Origin: Paraspadella gotoi
Lineage: Eukaryota > Animalia > Chaetognatha
DNA length: 64,000 nt
Assembly (NCBI GenBank): GCA_051294375.1
Contig: CM119263.1
Coordinates: 25,820,436 to 25,884,435, forward strand
Direction: 5' to 3'
Within the stretch, counting starts at the first letter, position 1; each line of letters begins with the position of its first letter. Both the position numbers and the translations under genes were made by a program. This document shows, piece after piece, positions 40,363-62,899 of the stretch. The notes beneath the pieces are model-generated. The model saw only the letters and a list, made by a program, of their open reading frames with translations, was not told where the DNA came from and did not search any database.

Positions 40363-42101
40363 GTATTGAATTTTTTTTTATGGCTTATATTCCCCTAGCG
40401 CCGTATCGCTTGGCATTTCCTCAAATCCCATTACAATTGCATCGCATTGCATTGCGTAGCATCGAATTGCATCCTATTGCTCAACTTCGCATTGCCTCAG
40501 ATTTCGTTTTCAAAACGGGTCGTGACGAAATGTAATTTTTTTTTGCTTTTCTCAAATCGAATTCAAGATTTCTTTCATTTTTTTTTCGGTCGAAATAAGA
40601 TTCGTCTGTTATATTGCGTCACCTCCTTTCCTCTTATTCGCTCGAATTTAGTTGCATTTCCTTCGCTTTCATGATTTATGCACATTTCATGGAAGATATT
40701 CGATATCATAAACGACGACAAAGACGACGACGAATAATTTGACTCCGGCCAAGCTCATGAAAATATCGTCGGGGAAAATATGAATATTATTTTTAGATTT
40801 TTCTCTTTGGCGGAGGTAAAAAGCTGGTTCTTCTCTNNNNNNNNNNNNNNNNNNNNNNNNNNNNNNNNNNNNNNNNNNNNNNNNNNNNNNNNNNNNNNNN
40901 NNNNNNNNNNNNNNNNNNNNNNNNNNNNNNNNNNNNNNNNNNNNNNNNNNNNNNNNNNNNNNNNNNNNNNNNNNNNNNNNNNNNNNNNNNNNNNNNNNNN
41001 NNNNNNNNNNNNNNNNNNNNNNNNNNNNNNNNNNNNNNNNNNNNNNNNNNNNNNNNNNNNNNNNNNNNNNNNNNNNNNNNNNNNNNNNNNNNNNNNNNNN
41101 NNNNNNNNNNNNNNNNNNNNNNNNNNNNNNNNNNNNNNNNNNNNNNNNNNNNNNNNNNNNNNNNNNNNNNNNNNNNNNNNNNNNNNNNNNNNNNNNNNNN
41201 NNNNNNNNNNNNNNNNNNNNNNNNNNNNNNNNNNNNNNNNNNNNNNNNNNNNNNNNNNNNNNNNNNNNNNNNNNNNNNNNNNNNNNNNNNNNNNNNNNNN
41301 NNNNNNNNNNNNNNNNNNNNNNNNNNNNNNNNNNNNNNNNNNNNNNNNNNNNNNNNNNNNNNNNNNNNNNNNNNNNNNNNNNNNNNNNNNNNNNNNNNNN
41401 NNNNNNNNNNNNNNNNNNNNNNNNNNNNNNNNNNNNNNNNNNNNNNNNNNNNNNNNNNNNNNNNNNNNNNNNNNNNNNNNNNNNNNNNNNNNNNNNNNNN
41501 NNNNNNNNNNNNNNNNNNNNNNNNNNNNNNNNNNNNNNNNNNNNNNNNNNNNNNNNNNNNNNNNNNNNNNNNNNNNNNNNNNNNNNNNNNNNNNNNNNNN
41601 NNNNNNNNNNNNNNNNNNNNNNNNNNNNNNNNNNNNNNNNNNNNNNNNNNNNNNNNNNNNNNNNNNNNNNNNNNNNNNNNNNNNNNNNNNNNNNNNNNNN
41701 NNNNNNNNNNNNNNNNNNNNNNNNNNNNNNNNNNNNNNNNNNNNNNNNNNNNNNNNNNNNNNNNNNNNNNNNNNNNNNNNNNNNNNNNNNNNNNNNNNNN
41801 GAGAGAGAGAGAGAGAGAGAGAGAGAAAGAAAATAAAGTAAAAGAATAAATACGGCATCGATCTTCGCCTCGTGATCAATAAAGAATAATAAAAATAAAT
41901 AATCATAAAAATCCGCTATAAACGCGAATAAATTGAGCAATATACTTCATCCTCCTTCTCCTCCTCCTCCTCTTCCTCCTCCTCCCCTTTTTCTTCTTGC
42001 AGAAATCATGCGATAAACGTCACCGAGAGACGGCGCTTCCTCTTCCTAATCCTCTTCCTCCTCCGCCTCTCGGAAGCGACACTCGCGCCGCCACCGCCGT
42101 C

Positions 42102-50237
<8,136 letters not shown>

Positions 50238-50986
50238 TATCAACGAACAAAATATAAACGAATAAAAAAGACAACAAAAACAACATTATTGAAAACAAAA
50301 ACAAAAAAAACGACTATTGCGCGGGCGGGAGGAAAGAAGCGGTCGCTTTAAACGACCCCTCGATGTCTTCATCCTCGATGTTCTTTTTGTCGTCGGGGAC
50401 CTGAACTCCTTTTTCTTTTCGATCCGTGATTTGTATCTTCGATCCCGACGTTCGCTTTTTTCATTGTCTCCCCGACTCAAGAAAAAAATAAAATCTTAAA
50501 GAAAAAGAAGAACTAAAAAGTGAAAACAAAAAAAAAAACAATAACAAAGATTCCGTGACATCCGAATTTTTTCTTTTTTTTTTCGGTTCCGAGAATGCCA
50601 GAATAATATATTTTTTTCTTTTTTTTTTCCGTTTTTCTTTTTGTTTCCATTTTTTTTCCCACTTGATAATTTTAAATCAGTTGACGACCGGGACACATTG
50701 TCGTTCTCTATCTCTCTCTCCCCACTCCCTCTCTATCCCCCTTCCTTCCTTTTTCACCCCCCTCCCACTTATATGAGGAGGAAGAAGAAGTTTTGATATT
50801 TCGTCTTTTATCAATGATTAATTATCATTTTTTGGTTCAATCTTCCCTCCCGGTTTAGCGAATGCTCTTCATTATTATTAATAATATTATCATGAATTTT
50901 GTTTTTCTCTCACTTAATCGCAACCCAGGACGATTTTCGAAACGTAAGCCTTTTCAGTATAACCAAAAAAAGGCGTTTACTTCCTC

Positions 50987-51071
<85 letters not shown>

Positions 51072-52169
51072 TCTCTCTCTCTCTCTCTCTGACACACACT
51101 CACTCGATCACACAGCTCTCTCCGAACCTCCTAATCTTATTTTTTTTTATAGAAAAAAGACTAAACACGATAAACGAGGTCAAATCCCGACCTCCGTTTT
51201 GTCATAATTTCGTTAATACTGTTTTTTGTGATATTTTTCGAAATTATAAACCTGCAATAGTTAAATAATACGACAGAAAAAAATTTCGGTTTTTTTCTCG
51301 TTCTCTCTCTCTCTCTCTCTCTTTCTCACTTTTTTATGAAAAAAAAGACGCCATAATGTGTCCATTGGAAATGTGTATGATTGAAATAAATTTGTTAAAC
51401 ATTTGTTAAAAAAAAAAACCAGTGGTTTTAATTTACGATAAAAGCGTTAGAAAAGATTACGCTAGCTCGGCCTGTTATTTTTGCTCTGAAATGTAAATCA
51501 GGCGCCAGAATCCGTCATATTCAAGAGAAATTTTCGCCGGTTGATCCTAAACAGAATCCAGATCCCGAAAAAGAATGAAGTTGAATGTACGAACGAAACT
51601 TCGATGGTTTTAAAGTAAACTAATGCGCCATGGCGTCAAAACTTTACGCAAATAAAAAAGTAAAGACGTCTTCATTTTTAAGTTTATTATGTTGTATTTT
51701 GAAAAAAATTTAAATGCGCGAGGAAAAAAAAAGCTAATAAAAAATATTTGGGGGGAAAGTAAAAAAAAACAACAATTTTTTGGCTGATGTGGTCAGAGTT
51801 ATTCGTTAGTCTAACGAATACAAGCCGGGTTTATTTTAAACGTTGAATCAAATCCAACCACAGAAGTTGAGATTCCACCGAAAAAAAGGTATTAAATAAC
51901 ATCTTAATCGAACTCGGCTTTTAATTTTTTACATCAACAAAGGACCAAAATGTTTAATAAATAAAGAGGTTGACATGACTGTAATTCGCAGCGCAGTCTA
52001 TTCGAATATATCCTTCGAATATTATACACGATTCTGCCATGTTGCGCCAGAATCATGTCGCTTTCACCCCTAACCCTGATGTTTCGCGTTTTCAAAATAT
52101 CCAGTCGAATCAAACTTAATCTTTAATCTCGTTCCGTTTCAGTTTTCAGTCGAGTTCTACCTTAAATCA

Positions 52170-55100
52170 TCATCTCGTCGATTTGATCTCTTCAAGAATC
52201 CAATCCACGTATCGACTGACTCTCGTATAAACGCCGATAGCATCGCAGTCCGCGCTGCCCCAACTCACGATCCCGTAGAGATGAAAGACGCCGTCGACTT
52301 CGACCGCCAGAGGGCCGCCGCTATCGCCATGGCAACTTCCGACGCCCCTACCGGAGCCAGAGCAGATCTATAGGGGGTTTGGGTTTGGGAAAAATAAACC
52401 TGTCATTCATCAGGGGAAAGAGGGTTTATTTTGGGGGGGGGAGAGGGCGTTACCATGACAATCAAATGGCCGAGATTGTAAGGGTAAGAGACCGAGATCG
52501 TTTCTCAGATTTTTATCTGCTCTATCACTCTCTGCTATTTTTGTTTCCACTTCTTTCTCTCTCACTTTTAACCCTTACCCTTGTACCATTTCTTCCCCTC
52601 ACCATAGCATCGTCGACGATCCGCATCCCTCGATCGAGACTCTCCAGGATGCGTCGGCACTCGTTCGCCCCCACGAGGGGAATCTGGATGCCCTGAAGCG
52701 TCGAGGCCCACGAGTCGAATCTCGTCCGGTTGGTGCGCCCGAAGCCGGACAGCTCGGCCGGGGTTCCGGGCGGGAAAGTGGCGTCGGGAGCCGGAAGACA
52801 GATCTGAAGATTGGTCAATGAGGAACATTTACGGTTGAATAACATCCGACGTCCGATCATTGCAGCCGGAGGCGAGACGTTCCCCCTCACAACCCAATGG
52901 TACGGGTTCCTTGCAAAGTGGCCGCCTTGCAATCAAGATCGACGACTTAATCATGATCTGACATCATGAACAGAAGCTAAAACATAGCTAATTAATTAAT
53001 CGATCCATGATAATTATTCTGTCTCTCCACCATTCGATAAAGTTAGCATTTAGGCTTATTTCCGAACTAAATTTAAAACAGAAGGCGATGCGAAAGTTAA
53101 ACGAAAATGCCAATTTTTTGTGCTAATAAAGTTCTCACTCCGAGTGAGACTCCTCTCTTATCTCTCTCTCCTCACTTTTGTGAAACGTGAATCAAAATCA
53201 ATTAATGATTTGATTGATTAATTTAATTTAATCATTTAATTGAAATCGCTTCCTTTTCGGACCAAACCTTTTTGAATCTATCATCCCTTTACACTAGCTA
53301 ACCTCACTCCCTCTCTCCCTCGCTCTTCCACGCCCTCTCCACCACCCCCCCGCCGAGCCACGCCCAAACCGGTTGGACTTTGTCGTTGAAAACGAATTCC
53401 TCTTTGGTGATGACGACGGCGAGGTCGTTCTCTTTGGCCTCCAGTCGGTCGCAGCCATCGAGAGGCGGGCAGGGGGACTCGTTGCAGAAGCACGGGTGAA
53501 GACGGACGTCGATTACCTATGTGCGGGGGCAATGGGAGTGACTGTTTTCCGATTTAACGATTCAGAGTTATATTGAAACTTCTTTGCTTGAACATTAAAC
53601 ATTAAACATTAAACATAAACAATGATTCAAGCGATTCACGCATAAAACTGGTCCTAAATGTACTCAGTGTCTATCAATTCAGCAATGATATTAATATCGA
53701 ATTAAAATAATTTAGAAAATTCTCGATTTGCTTTTGCAATGGTCGTTCGTTGAAGGACACAAAGAGGGGTCGTCCAAAAAACAGCCGGGCGCCAAACGCT
53801 TTGTTGTTTCGCCTTGAATCGTCTTCTGTTTTGTCTCCAAGCTCAGAAAGGCGCCAAAACTCAATTCTCACACAAGATAAAAAAAAAAAATCGATTGACC
53901 GTCGTTTTTTGTTTGTTTACTAATAATTAATTCACGTTTTCGTTCTACATAAAAGTAAATAATAATAGCGTGATAATTTTGTGTTTCACCGAGTGATCGA
54001 TAATTGGCCCGACTCCAGGCTGGTCGGGCGATACGCCCACAAAAAAGGCCGACGAACTTGAGGGGGGGGGATGTGGAGGTGAAGGGTGAGGCGGTGACGC
54101 AAAGTCCCTGAACGCCTTGGGTGACTTAATTAATCGGCTACGAATACAAAACAAAGTATCAAAGTTGTTAAGTCTGAGGTTACGGTCTTATGTTTACTTT
54201 TATCTTACTGGTAATTAGTTTATATCTATACCGAATTGCTAAGGAATTACTATTATAGTTATTATTATTTAATTTATTTACTTAAAAAATATAGATATAT
54301 ACGTGTATACGTGCCAATTTCGGTGATTCGGCATCACGCGCGACGGGGAGTGGTTGAGGACATTCAACTCACTCGGACAAAACATCCAGATTTCCCAGAA
54401 GAGAAGGAGAAAAAAAAAAGAGTAAACAAAGAAACCTTGAATCGCGTCCGCCTGTCGCCTGGGAGTGGCTCACAGGCCGGTTTGCACTTAACCGCCTGAC
54501 ATGAATTTTGAGTTAAAAGGGAAAAGTTGAATTGAGAGAGAGAGAGAGAGAGGAGCGGGAGGAGAGATGTCACTTGCGTGAGGAAAAAAAAAGGAGGCCG
54601 GAACCAAATTTTGTTTAATATATATTAAGAAATATTACTAAGTAATTAGTAATGAGACAACAACAGCTATATGTATCACTTACAATGAATCATCCTATAG
54701 AACAATCTGCTTTCCGTTACTTTCTACCGATAGTTTAACCAGCCGTTCGAGACAAGAAGTTAAACCTGGGTACATTGGGTTCGGATATGAAGCTTCAGCT
54801 TAATGCACTGTTACGAAGCTGGAACACCCATATACAACGGGTACTGATATGAGTAAGTAATTACAGAGTACGCACATAAATCGAAGTTTAAAGTAAAATG
54901 GAACTAGGTCGCTAAGCCAAACTTTTTAAAACTTCGTGACACCTTACCTCCCCTTACTCAACGCACTCTTCAACCTAACTTACTCTTCCCATTCAACCTC
55001 ACCTGCAGCGCCTGGTCCGCCGACTCTGGTCGGTCCTCCGTCTCCGGATCGTAGTCGTAATCTCCCGGATGTAAATTCCCCGCGTAGACGAACGACCCGT

Positions 55101-55413
55101 TGGCGACGCCGCCCAGCAAAAACGGCGCAGCGCAGTGCGCCGCCGTCACGACGCGGCGTCGACCGACGATGGCGCCGCCGCAGCCGCCGAAGTCCGCGTG
55201 CCACGGGTAGAGTCCGGCGCGGGCGTCGACGCCGCCGATGACGCCGATTCGAGCCTCGACCGGTAGGCGGCGCCCGCATTGGCCAGGGAAAGGGTTGGAG
55301 AAGGAGGAAGAGGAGGAGAGAGAGCGGAAGACGAAGGGCGAAGAGAGGAGGAGGGCGAGGAGTACGAGGACGAAGACGAGGAGACAGATTCGCGGGGCGC
55401 GGGAGCTGGGCAT
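52170..55413 (-). CDS. S1 (chymotrypsin-fold) serine protease with N-terminal signal/anchor, 318 aa, 4 exons
   Basis: Exons: 55413-55003, 53516-53370, 52803-52603, 52367-52170, all phase 0 and GT-AG. Features: hydrophobic N-terminus, CG propeptide, [57 protein letters not shown]. Confidence 0.93.
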
Positions 55414-55464
55414 TGTGAAGACGAAGAATGGGGGAACGAGGCAAAGAGACGAAGGAAATAAGAG

Positions 55465-55508
<44 letters not shown>

Positions 55509-55585
55509 TCGTCTCTTCTCTCTCTCTCTCTCTTCTCTCTCTCTTCTCTCTCTCTTTCTCTCTCTCTCTTCTCTCTCTCTCTCTC

Positions 55586-55624
<39 letters not shown>

Positions 55625-58599
55625 CTCCTTCTCTCTCTCTCTCTCTCTGCCGCTGTCAAGACATTCCCCGGCCCGGGAAGAAGAACAAGAAGAAAAAATA
55701 AGACCGGTAATGAGATTTTCCCTCTTTATTTTCGGGGGCGAAAAATAATTTTTTTTTTAAAATCTCTTTCACCCGGGAACGCTGTAGTAAATCTCTCTCC
55801 TCAAGGGCGGGAAATTAGGGAAGGGGGGGCGTGTTAGGGGGGAAGAGGAGCAGGGAAAGCACGCGGCCATTTTTAGGGTTGGGGGGGGCAAAACTGATTT
55901 GCGAGCTTTCCTCTCTCTCTCTTTTTTCTCTCTCCTCTCTTAAATCTAGTTAACGAGGAGGAACTGAGGAGTTTCCACTCGCTCGTTATTCAATTTTATT
56001 TCCTCTCGGGAATTTTCAAAAAAAAAGGGACGCGCGTTCCTTCGTTGACTTTCACTGTCGTTTCCTCGGTTTTCCCGCGTTTAAAAAAAAAAAAAACAAC
56101 TGTTTATTTTGTTTAGTTTCGTTTTTGTTTCTCACGTTTTGTTTAATTTAGTAGAACGGTTTTTTTTTGGAAATTTTGTATTAGGAAAAACAGAATTTTT
56201 GTGTTTGCAATAAGTTTGTGTAATTTTTTTGTTGAATGTTGAATTACGTTTCTTTGTCAATTGAATTAAGACCCTGAGTTCGCTCGGTTTAAAAAGATGC
56301 ACGGTTGCTCAGGGGGGTCAGGCCGTTCAGGGAACAGAGAAAGACACAGAGTGCGAGATAGAGAGCGAAACGCTCAATTGTTTTGAATAGCTTCGAGTAA
56401 AAAAAACTGTACTAACGAAAAACAACGGTGGACAATAATTAACGATGATCGTCAAAAACGGAATTAAAGAGAAACGGAGAAAAAAATAAAAAGAGAAAAA
56501 GAGAGAAAAAAAAACGAAAAGAAAACATGAAATGCGTTCTTGGCGAAAGTCAAACTTTGGGGTAATTTTCTTTTTCTTCTTTTGTGAAATAGTTTTAGCG
56601 ATTCCCTTTTTGGTTTATATTTTAACATCTTCGTCAAGTTTTACTTATCGATATTTCAAAAGCACTGATAAAACATGTTTAAAATAACTATACAGATCGA
56701 AAATAAACATAAAGTTATCGTCTAAGGTTACTCTTTTTAGATTATCTTTTATTAAACGTTTTTATAGTTTTTTAATTTTAGTTTCTTTTCGTAACTCATC
56801 AACTCACACGTTTTCGCGCAGCCAGAGGTTTTTTCTATTTTTCAAACTGATGCTTTTAAAAACTGGGCCGCGAAAGTTTTTGCAGAGCTCTGATCCAATC
56901 GAACGTTGGACTGAGACTGAGGGGCAGAGGGGAGAAGGGGGGAAAGGGAAAGAGAAATGATAAAACAGGAATGGGTTGAGGGATGGTAAGTGGGTCTAGG
57001 GATGAGATGTAGTGGTAATTTGGAGGAAATGAAAGATGGATTAATGAGGTGGAGAGAAGGGGGAATGCGTTAGAAAGAAGATATGAGAACCTTGGGCCGA
57101 TTTTTTTGTTTACATTATCTCACCAAAGGAAACGCATAGGGTTTGACTCAAATAATTCGGGAGTTGGGTACGCTGCTTACTCCATCTGTCCTCCGTATCC
57201 GGAAACAAAGTATCAATAAAGAAATAAATTGATTACAAAAAAAAATACAGAGAAAGTATAATCAGCCGCGTCGTAAATTCGCTACAGGGTAGCAGGGTCA
57301 GCAGGGGTTCGCAAGGGCTTAGCATGAAAGGTATAAGGGCATTAGGGTCCGACCTTGCCCTAACTTAACTCCCTTAACACTCAGGATCCTCCTTTCCAGT
57401 TTTAACGAACGAAATTCCAAAATCGAGGATTTTTTTTTTCTGATGACGAATGAGAAAAGATAAATTAGGAGGAATAAATGACGACGACAGATTTGGGCGC
57501 TTGTCGAGTCTCTGACTTTTCTTACAAAAACAAAGCATCAGTTTGTTTACGTGTTTGTTTATAAATTCACGTCATAAAACGAAGGCAATTTCTACGTTGT
57601 TTAAAAAAAAAAAAAAACGATTGTCACATGAAATTGATAAAACCAATTAAAAAATTCCCATTCATTCAAAAATTAAGCTATCTTGCCTCCGGAAACTAAC
57701 GGAGCAGGAGTAACGGGACCCTGCAAGCTAGAAATCAAGACTCTCTCATAGTTTATTAACTCACAGAGTCCCTCCTTTCCCTATCAAATGGTAAATGTTT
57801 TCATGAAACGTTTTAATAGTATAAAGTATAGTATAAATAATAAATAAATAATAAATAAATAATAAATAATAATAAATAATAATAATAAATATAATAATAA
57901 TAATAAATAATAATAAATAATATAAATAATAGTATAAACTAAAATTTGTTTTTCAATCGAAACAAGTTACGCTTGTTAGTCCTCGAGGAAGCCGATTTGA
58001 ATAAAAGTCGATTTGATATAAAAAAAATATCCAATACAAGGACCGACCGACCAAGCCGACCGTGCCGACCGAAGTCTCTTGTCCCAACGGAGTGAGTCAC
58101 CGGGAAGTCGCGAGGATAATAATACTAATTTTCGAAATGACCTCATCATAATAAAAGCGGATCGATCGTTATTCGAAGGAGAGAAAAACGAGAGAGCGTC
58201 CTTGACGAGATCAGCTTTTTTATTTTATACTTCCCATAAACTGTGAGGAGATGACGACGGTTGTGATATGGATCGTGATGATAAAGATGATGGTGATAAC
58301 GATGATAAATAAAATGGTGTCAAGTTTTTTGAATGAGAAAATCATCATCTCGAGTTGGATAGTTTTTTATTACCGACGGATAAGTTGACTTTAAAGTACA
58401 TAGTATAAAATAATATGTTAGAATCTTTTCTTTAAACACGATTATCTATTATGTTTTAATACGAATATAAAGAAAAGAAATTATTCTTAAAATCGTCTCC
58501 CGTTCGGTCGATCCCTTTGTCAGTCGCTCAGTCAGTATCTCCGTCGGCAGAGAATTTCTTCGTCATTCATACTTCGTTGGTTTTACTTCTTGATTAATT

Positions 58600-58667
<68 letters not shown>

Positions 58668-58687
58668 TATTTCATTACTTTTGTCTG

Positions 58688-58759
<72 letters not shown>

Positions 58760-60981
58760 ACTTTCTTTCTTTCTTGACCTTTTTATTTTGCTTTTATTTA
58801 TTTCTTTTTTGTTTGTTTAGCATATATCTATCAGTCTGAAACTTCGATTTTAACACAATCGGAAAGAAATCAGAAAGAAATCCGACTTAACAGGGACTGA
58901 CAGTCGGACATACAGCCAGTCAGAAAATAATAAAGTTAATACGTCATCTTTTTTTGATTAAGCATCATCTCAGCTCCAAGTCCACCTCCTCCTTTCATTA
59001 ATCGAAACATTGGAGAGGAAAAACTCTTTCTCTCTGTCTCTGTCTCGTTCTCTCCCTCCCTCCTCTCTCTGATCGTCCCGACTTAAGAGGAGAGAGAAAG
59101 GAGTCATGAGAAAAGACGAGATTAATTTCCGAGGAAGAAAATAAAAGAAGAAAAAAAAAGAGAAATAAAGGCTAGAAATAAAAAGAAAGAAAAAAAAAAA
59201 AAACCCGTGGGGATCGCCTGAGCCGTGGATCCGGGGACCGGCTAATTAATCTTTTATTCGATTCGAAAGACCGGGTGAGAGACTCAGCCTCGAAGACCCT
59301 TTCGTGACGATAACGCTGTAATGGAATTTTAAAGGGATCCGTAACTGTCTCTCGTAATAATGACGTTTTTCGTGAGGCTGAGTTATAGAGGAACGCCCAT
59401 CGACGTTTCTCCCGTTTCAGAGGGTCCACGCCGAAAAAAGGGAAGAAATAGAAGGATATAAGTTAAGAAATTTAAAAAAACCTCTAATTAATTTACAATA
59501 TTCTATTATTTACAAAGTGCCATGAGTAATTGCGGGTAGCTTAAGGTCGCTTTAACTTAAACGAATAAACGCTTTACATTCTAAATTGAATTTTGGCGGT
59601 TCATCCAATGTGTTGCGCCAGAGCGACATTATTTTCACGTGTATTTCCCTATGATCACATGACTACTGACAACAATAACTTTCTCAGCCTGTGTATTTAT
59701 TATGAGTTATGAGCATTCTTAACGTAAGTGGGACAGACCGACAAACAGACATACCGAACGACCGACAGACCGAGTGATAGACCGACAGACCAACCGAATA
59801 GGGACTTATTAAAAGATTAAAATTATTAAAATTATTAAAATTATTATTATTATTTAATTATTAAAATTCTTTAAAATCACGAGCGCCGATATACAAAACC
59901 AAAAGTTTTCTCGTATTTTCTTATCGCAAATCGCCCGGCCCAAGGCCACGCCCACTATCGTCCGTCTTACACCGCAATCGCTCTGCAACGTTTATTCGAC
60001 CTTGCCCGCATTTGCCCGCCTTCGACTGCCCTCTAGCGTCGGGTTCTGCCGCCTCGGAAAGAAAAAATATCACCTACTGTTATGCTGACTAGAAATGAAA
60101 TGAATCCACGAAAACTAGAGAAACTTCTAATTGTGTTTAAAAAAAAAAAGAAAAAAAAATTAAAATTAAAAATATCATCCTGTCAACTCGCTTGAAGGCT
60201 AATCCGAAATTTCAAAAATGTTACTTTAAAAATTCCAAGCACGCCATGATAGTCGATTCCGAAACAAGACGATTGAATACAATACTTTCCTAAAAGTCGG
60301 TTTCCCTAAAATCCTTTGATATTGACAATTTATTTATTATTAATGAGTTTTTAAATGGCGGCCGTTATCGCCTTTTAATTTCTCCTAAAAGGTGATTTAA
60401 ATGTGAGAATAATTTTCATATAAATCTCAATAACATCGCGATATCCGTCTAATACTTTTTTTTTCTATACATAAATTTTACAAACTCGCGAAAGTTCGCG
60501 ACAAAAGGAAAAAAAAAATTTCCGTTATAAACCAGTAATAATAATAAAGAGATCACAAAATATGTTAAAGTGGCATTTTTACGAACATTACGCGGTATTA
60601 CGAGCCCGGGGCGAAACACATTTTCCCTCTTACGGTCCATAAAACGAAAACAAATAAAAACCATCCAGCGCCCACAACCCGGGCGTTGAACTCGGGCTAA
60701 AAAAAAAGGAAATGAAAAAAAAAAAAATTCTCGAATTTGAAAGACTCAGCGATCCAAACCCATAATCATGGCCTTTAGAAAATTCGACGGAAAAAATAAA
60801 CCGTGGAAAAAAAAAGTGAGGAAAAAAAAGTGAGGAAAACAACCGCGACGAGGAACGCCGCGGGACTCTCCGCATGAGCGACGCCGGAGCAGTAGGCTGC
60901 GTCGGATGCTTAAAGTCGTCTGGCGCAGATAAACCCCTTCTCTATTGTCTATAATTAGACTAAAATAATAATAGGCTTAAG

Positions 60982-61202
60982 CAGTGGCGTATAGAAAAAT
61001 AGCGGGCAATTCCACTAATTTTTTATGCAGGCCCGGGCCCACCTGAAAGCCAAGACCTTCCCACCCCCTTACAATTAACTAAGCAAAAATAGGATCGGGT
61101 CCTTTTAAATAATCATATATTATTATTATATTTTTCCGGGCCCAACTAAGAACCCAGCTCTTCGGCTTTGTAGAGGGTACCTACCCCTATACACACCCCT
61201 TG
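60982..61202. mobile_element. Possible decayed hAT-type MITE
   Basis: Begins CAGTGGCGTATAG and ends CTATACACACCCCTTG (imperfect inverted ends). It has internal GGGCCC motifs. Flanks GGCTTAAG and GGTTAAAA resemble a degraded 8-bp TSD. Confidence 0.35.
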
Positions 61203-62899
61203 GGTTAAAATTATATTGAATAAACTCATAATCGTTTTAATTTTTCTTTCCCATATAAATTTTGAAATATTTAAGTAACTTTAAAGAATAAGGCAATAAT
61301 AGATTATAGATTATAGTATAATATATAATATATATATATAATATATAATCTCTTCCTCTTTCATTATATACAATAAATTTTTTTTATATTTTATACGAAT
61401 TTACTTTATTAGACACTCTACTGGTCATGTCGCGCCACGATAGTCGACTTCAAAAGCGACCTCAAAAAAAATCATAGGATTCCCTTCGGCGTTGGCGACG
61501 ACTGAGGAAGCGACGACGATGACGACGACGACAACGACGACGGCGATGACGCCGGGAATGAATGAGATGATTCCCGATGATCTAATCAGATTTCAAGGTT
61601 GGAGGCTGAAATCCGTGTCATTAACCCATTTAAGGCTTAAAAATAGGGACATTCGGAGGCGGACGAGGGTTCAATGTACGAATAAGGATGATGTTTGTAC
61701 GTTGGTGGAAAATGTGGGCGAAGAATTGGAAATTTTTTTCAATCTTTTTTTTTTTAAGTGTTAAGTGGGTCCTGATTGTCTTGAGTGAAGATATGATTAT
61801 GATATGTAAGCAAGTAAAATAAATCTTCATAGACAAAATAAGATAGTTATTATTATTAAATTTTTGCTTGTAAGGCTACAAATAATAAGTGGCTCCAAAA
61901 TATCAGGGAAATGAGAAAGTCATCCCTTTCTCATACGTAACTTGTACTTTCATTGGAGCAATCTATTTATAAATTGGAAACGAAAAATTTGAATGTTGAA
62001 TAGTTGAATATGATTGATTGACTACCCTTATAACTACCCAAAAACAAAATTTTGATTAGCTGAAGCTCTTCAATTACAAGTTATAACAATTAATGTACGA
62101 TTTATTCAACTGGGCCAATGACATTGGCAATGTACTTCCCGACCCGAAAAAGTTTTTTGTTTTTAATTATTACATAGGTTTTAAGAGTAATCTGCACACG
62201 CCCTCTTTAAAGGAAAAAGTTTTAACAAAAGAGCAAGAGTTCGTAGCATTTGCCATCATTTCGTAATTTAATCCGTTTTTCCTTCAAGGGTTTTGTGGTT
62301 TTATGAATTTACCCAACTAATCAAGTGGAGCCTGGAATTTCATAAATTAGAACGCACTGAGAAAGCTTGTATAGAGAGACCTCCAGGTTAAACTCCCGCT
62401 CTTCTCCGGACCCACCAATCGCCTATAGTTCGAACGTAGGTAAATCAAAACAATTTTTAAAATACTAAATTTTTTAATCCCGTCCCAAGCATAATCGTAA
62501 AGAATTGTAGAATTTTGAGCAGTTCATTGTTTTAAAAATTCAACGCTGATTTGCTTATAAAAAATGCTATTTTAACAGTCTTAATAATTCATCAATTTGA
62601 TTTATCTGTCAGCTTAATTTATCTTTTTTTCTTTCTGGTAATCGCTTTTTGCCTACGAATACTTTTTTAAACCATAATCACAACGAATAACGAAATATAA
62701 AAAAATTATATTTTGGTGGTACAGTAAATCTACATTCTAGAGATTGTAGATTCTACAATTATGATGCGACACTGAAAAAGGGAATCAAAGACAAAGACTT
62801 TTCTCCAACTTCCGATTTCAATCATTGAAATCTTAAATTCAAGATGAGGGAGAAAAAAAAAACGTCACTAGAAACGAGAGTGAGATTCGTCATCATCAT

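Noticed and set aside
54700-54880. SINE or 5S-derived fragment in protease intron 1
   Set aside because: Only a vague resemblance; it cannot be supported without a repeat-library search.
62743-62759. Palindrome ATTGTAGA-T-TCTACAAT downstream of NF-YB
   Set aside because: An 8-bp arm is expected by chance in 64 kb of AT-rich DNA.
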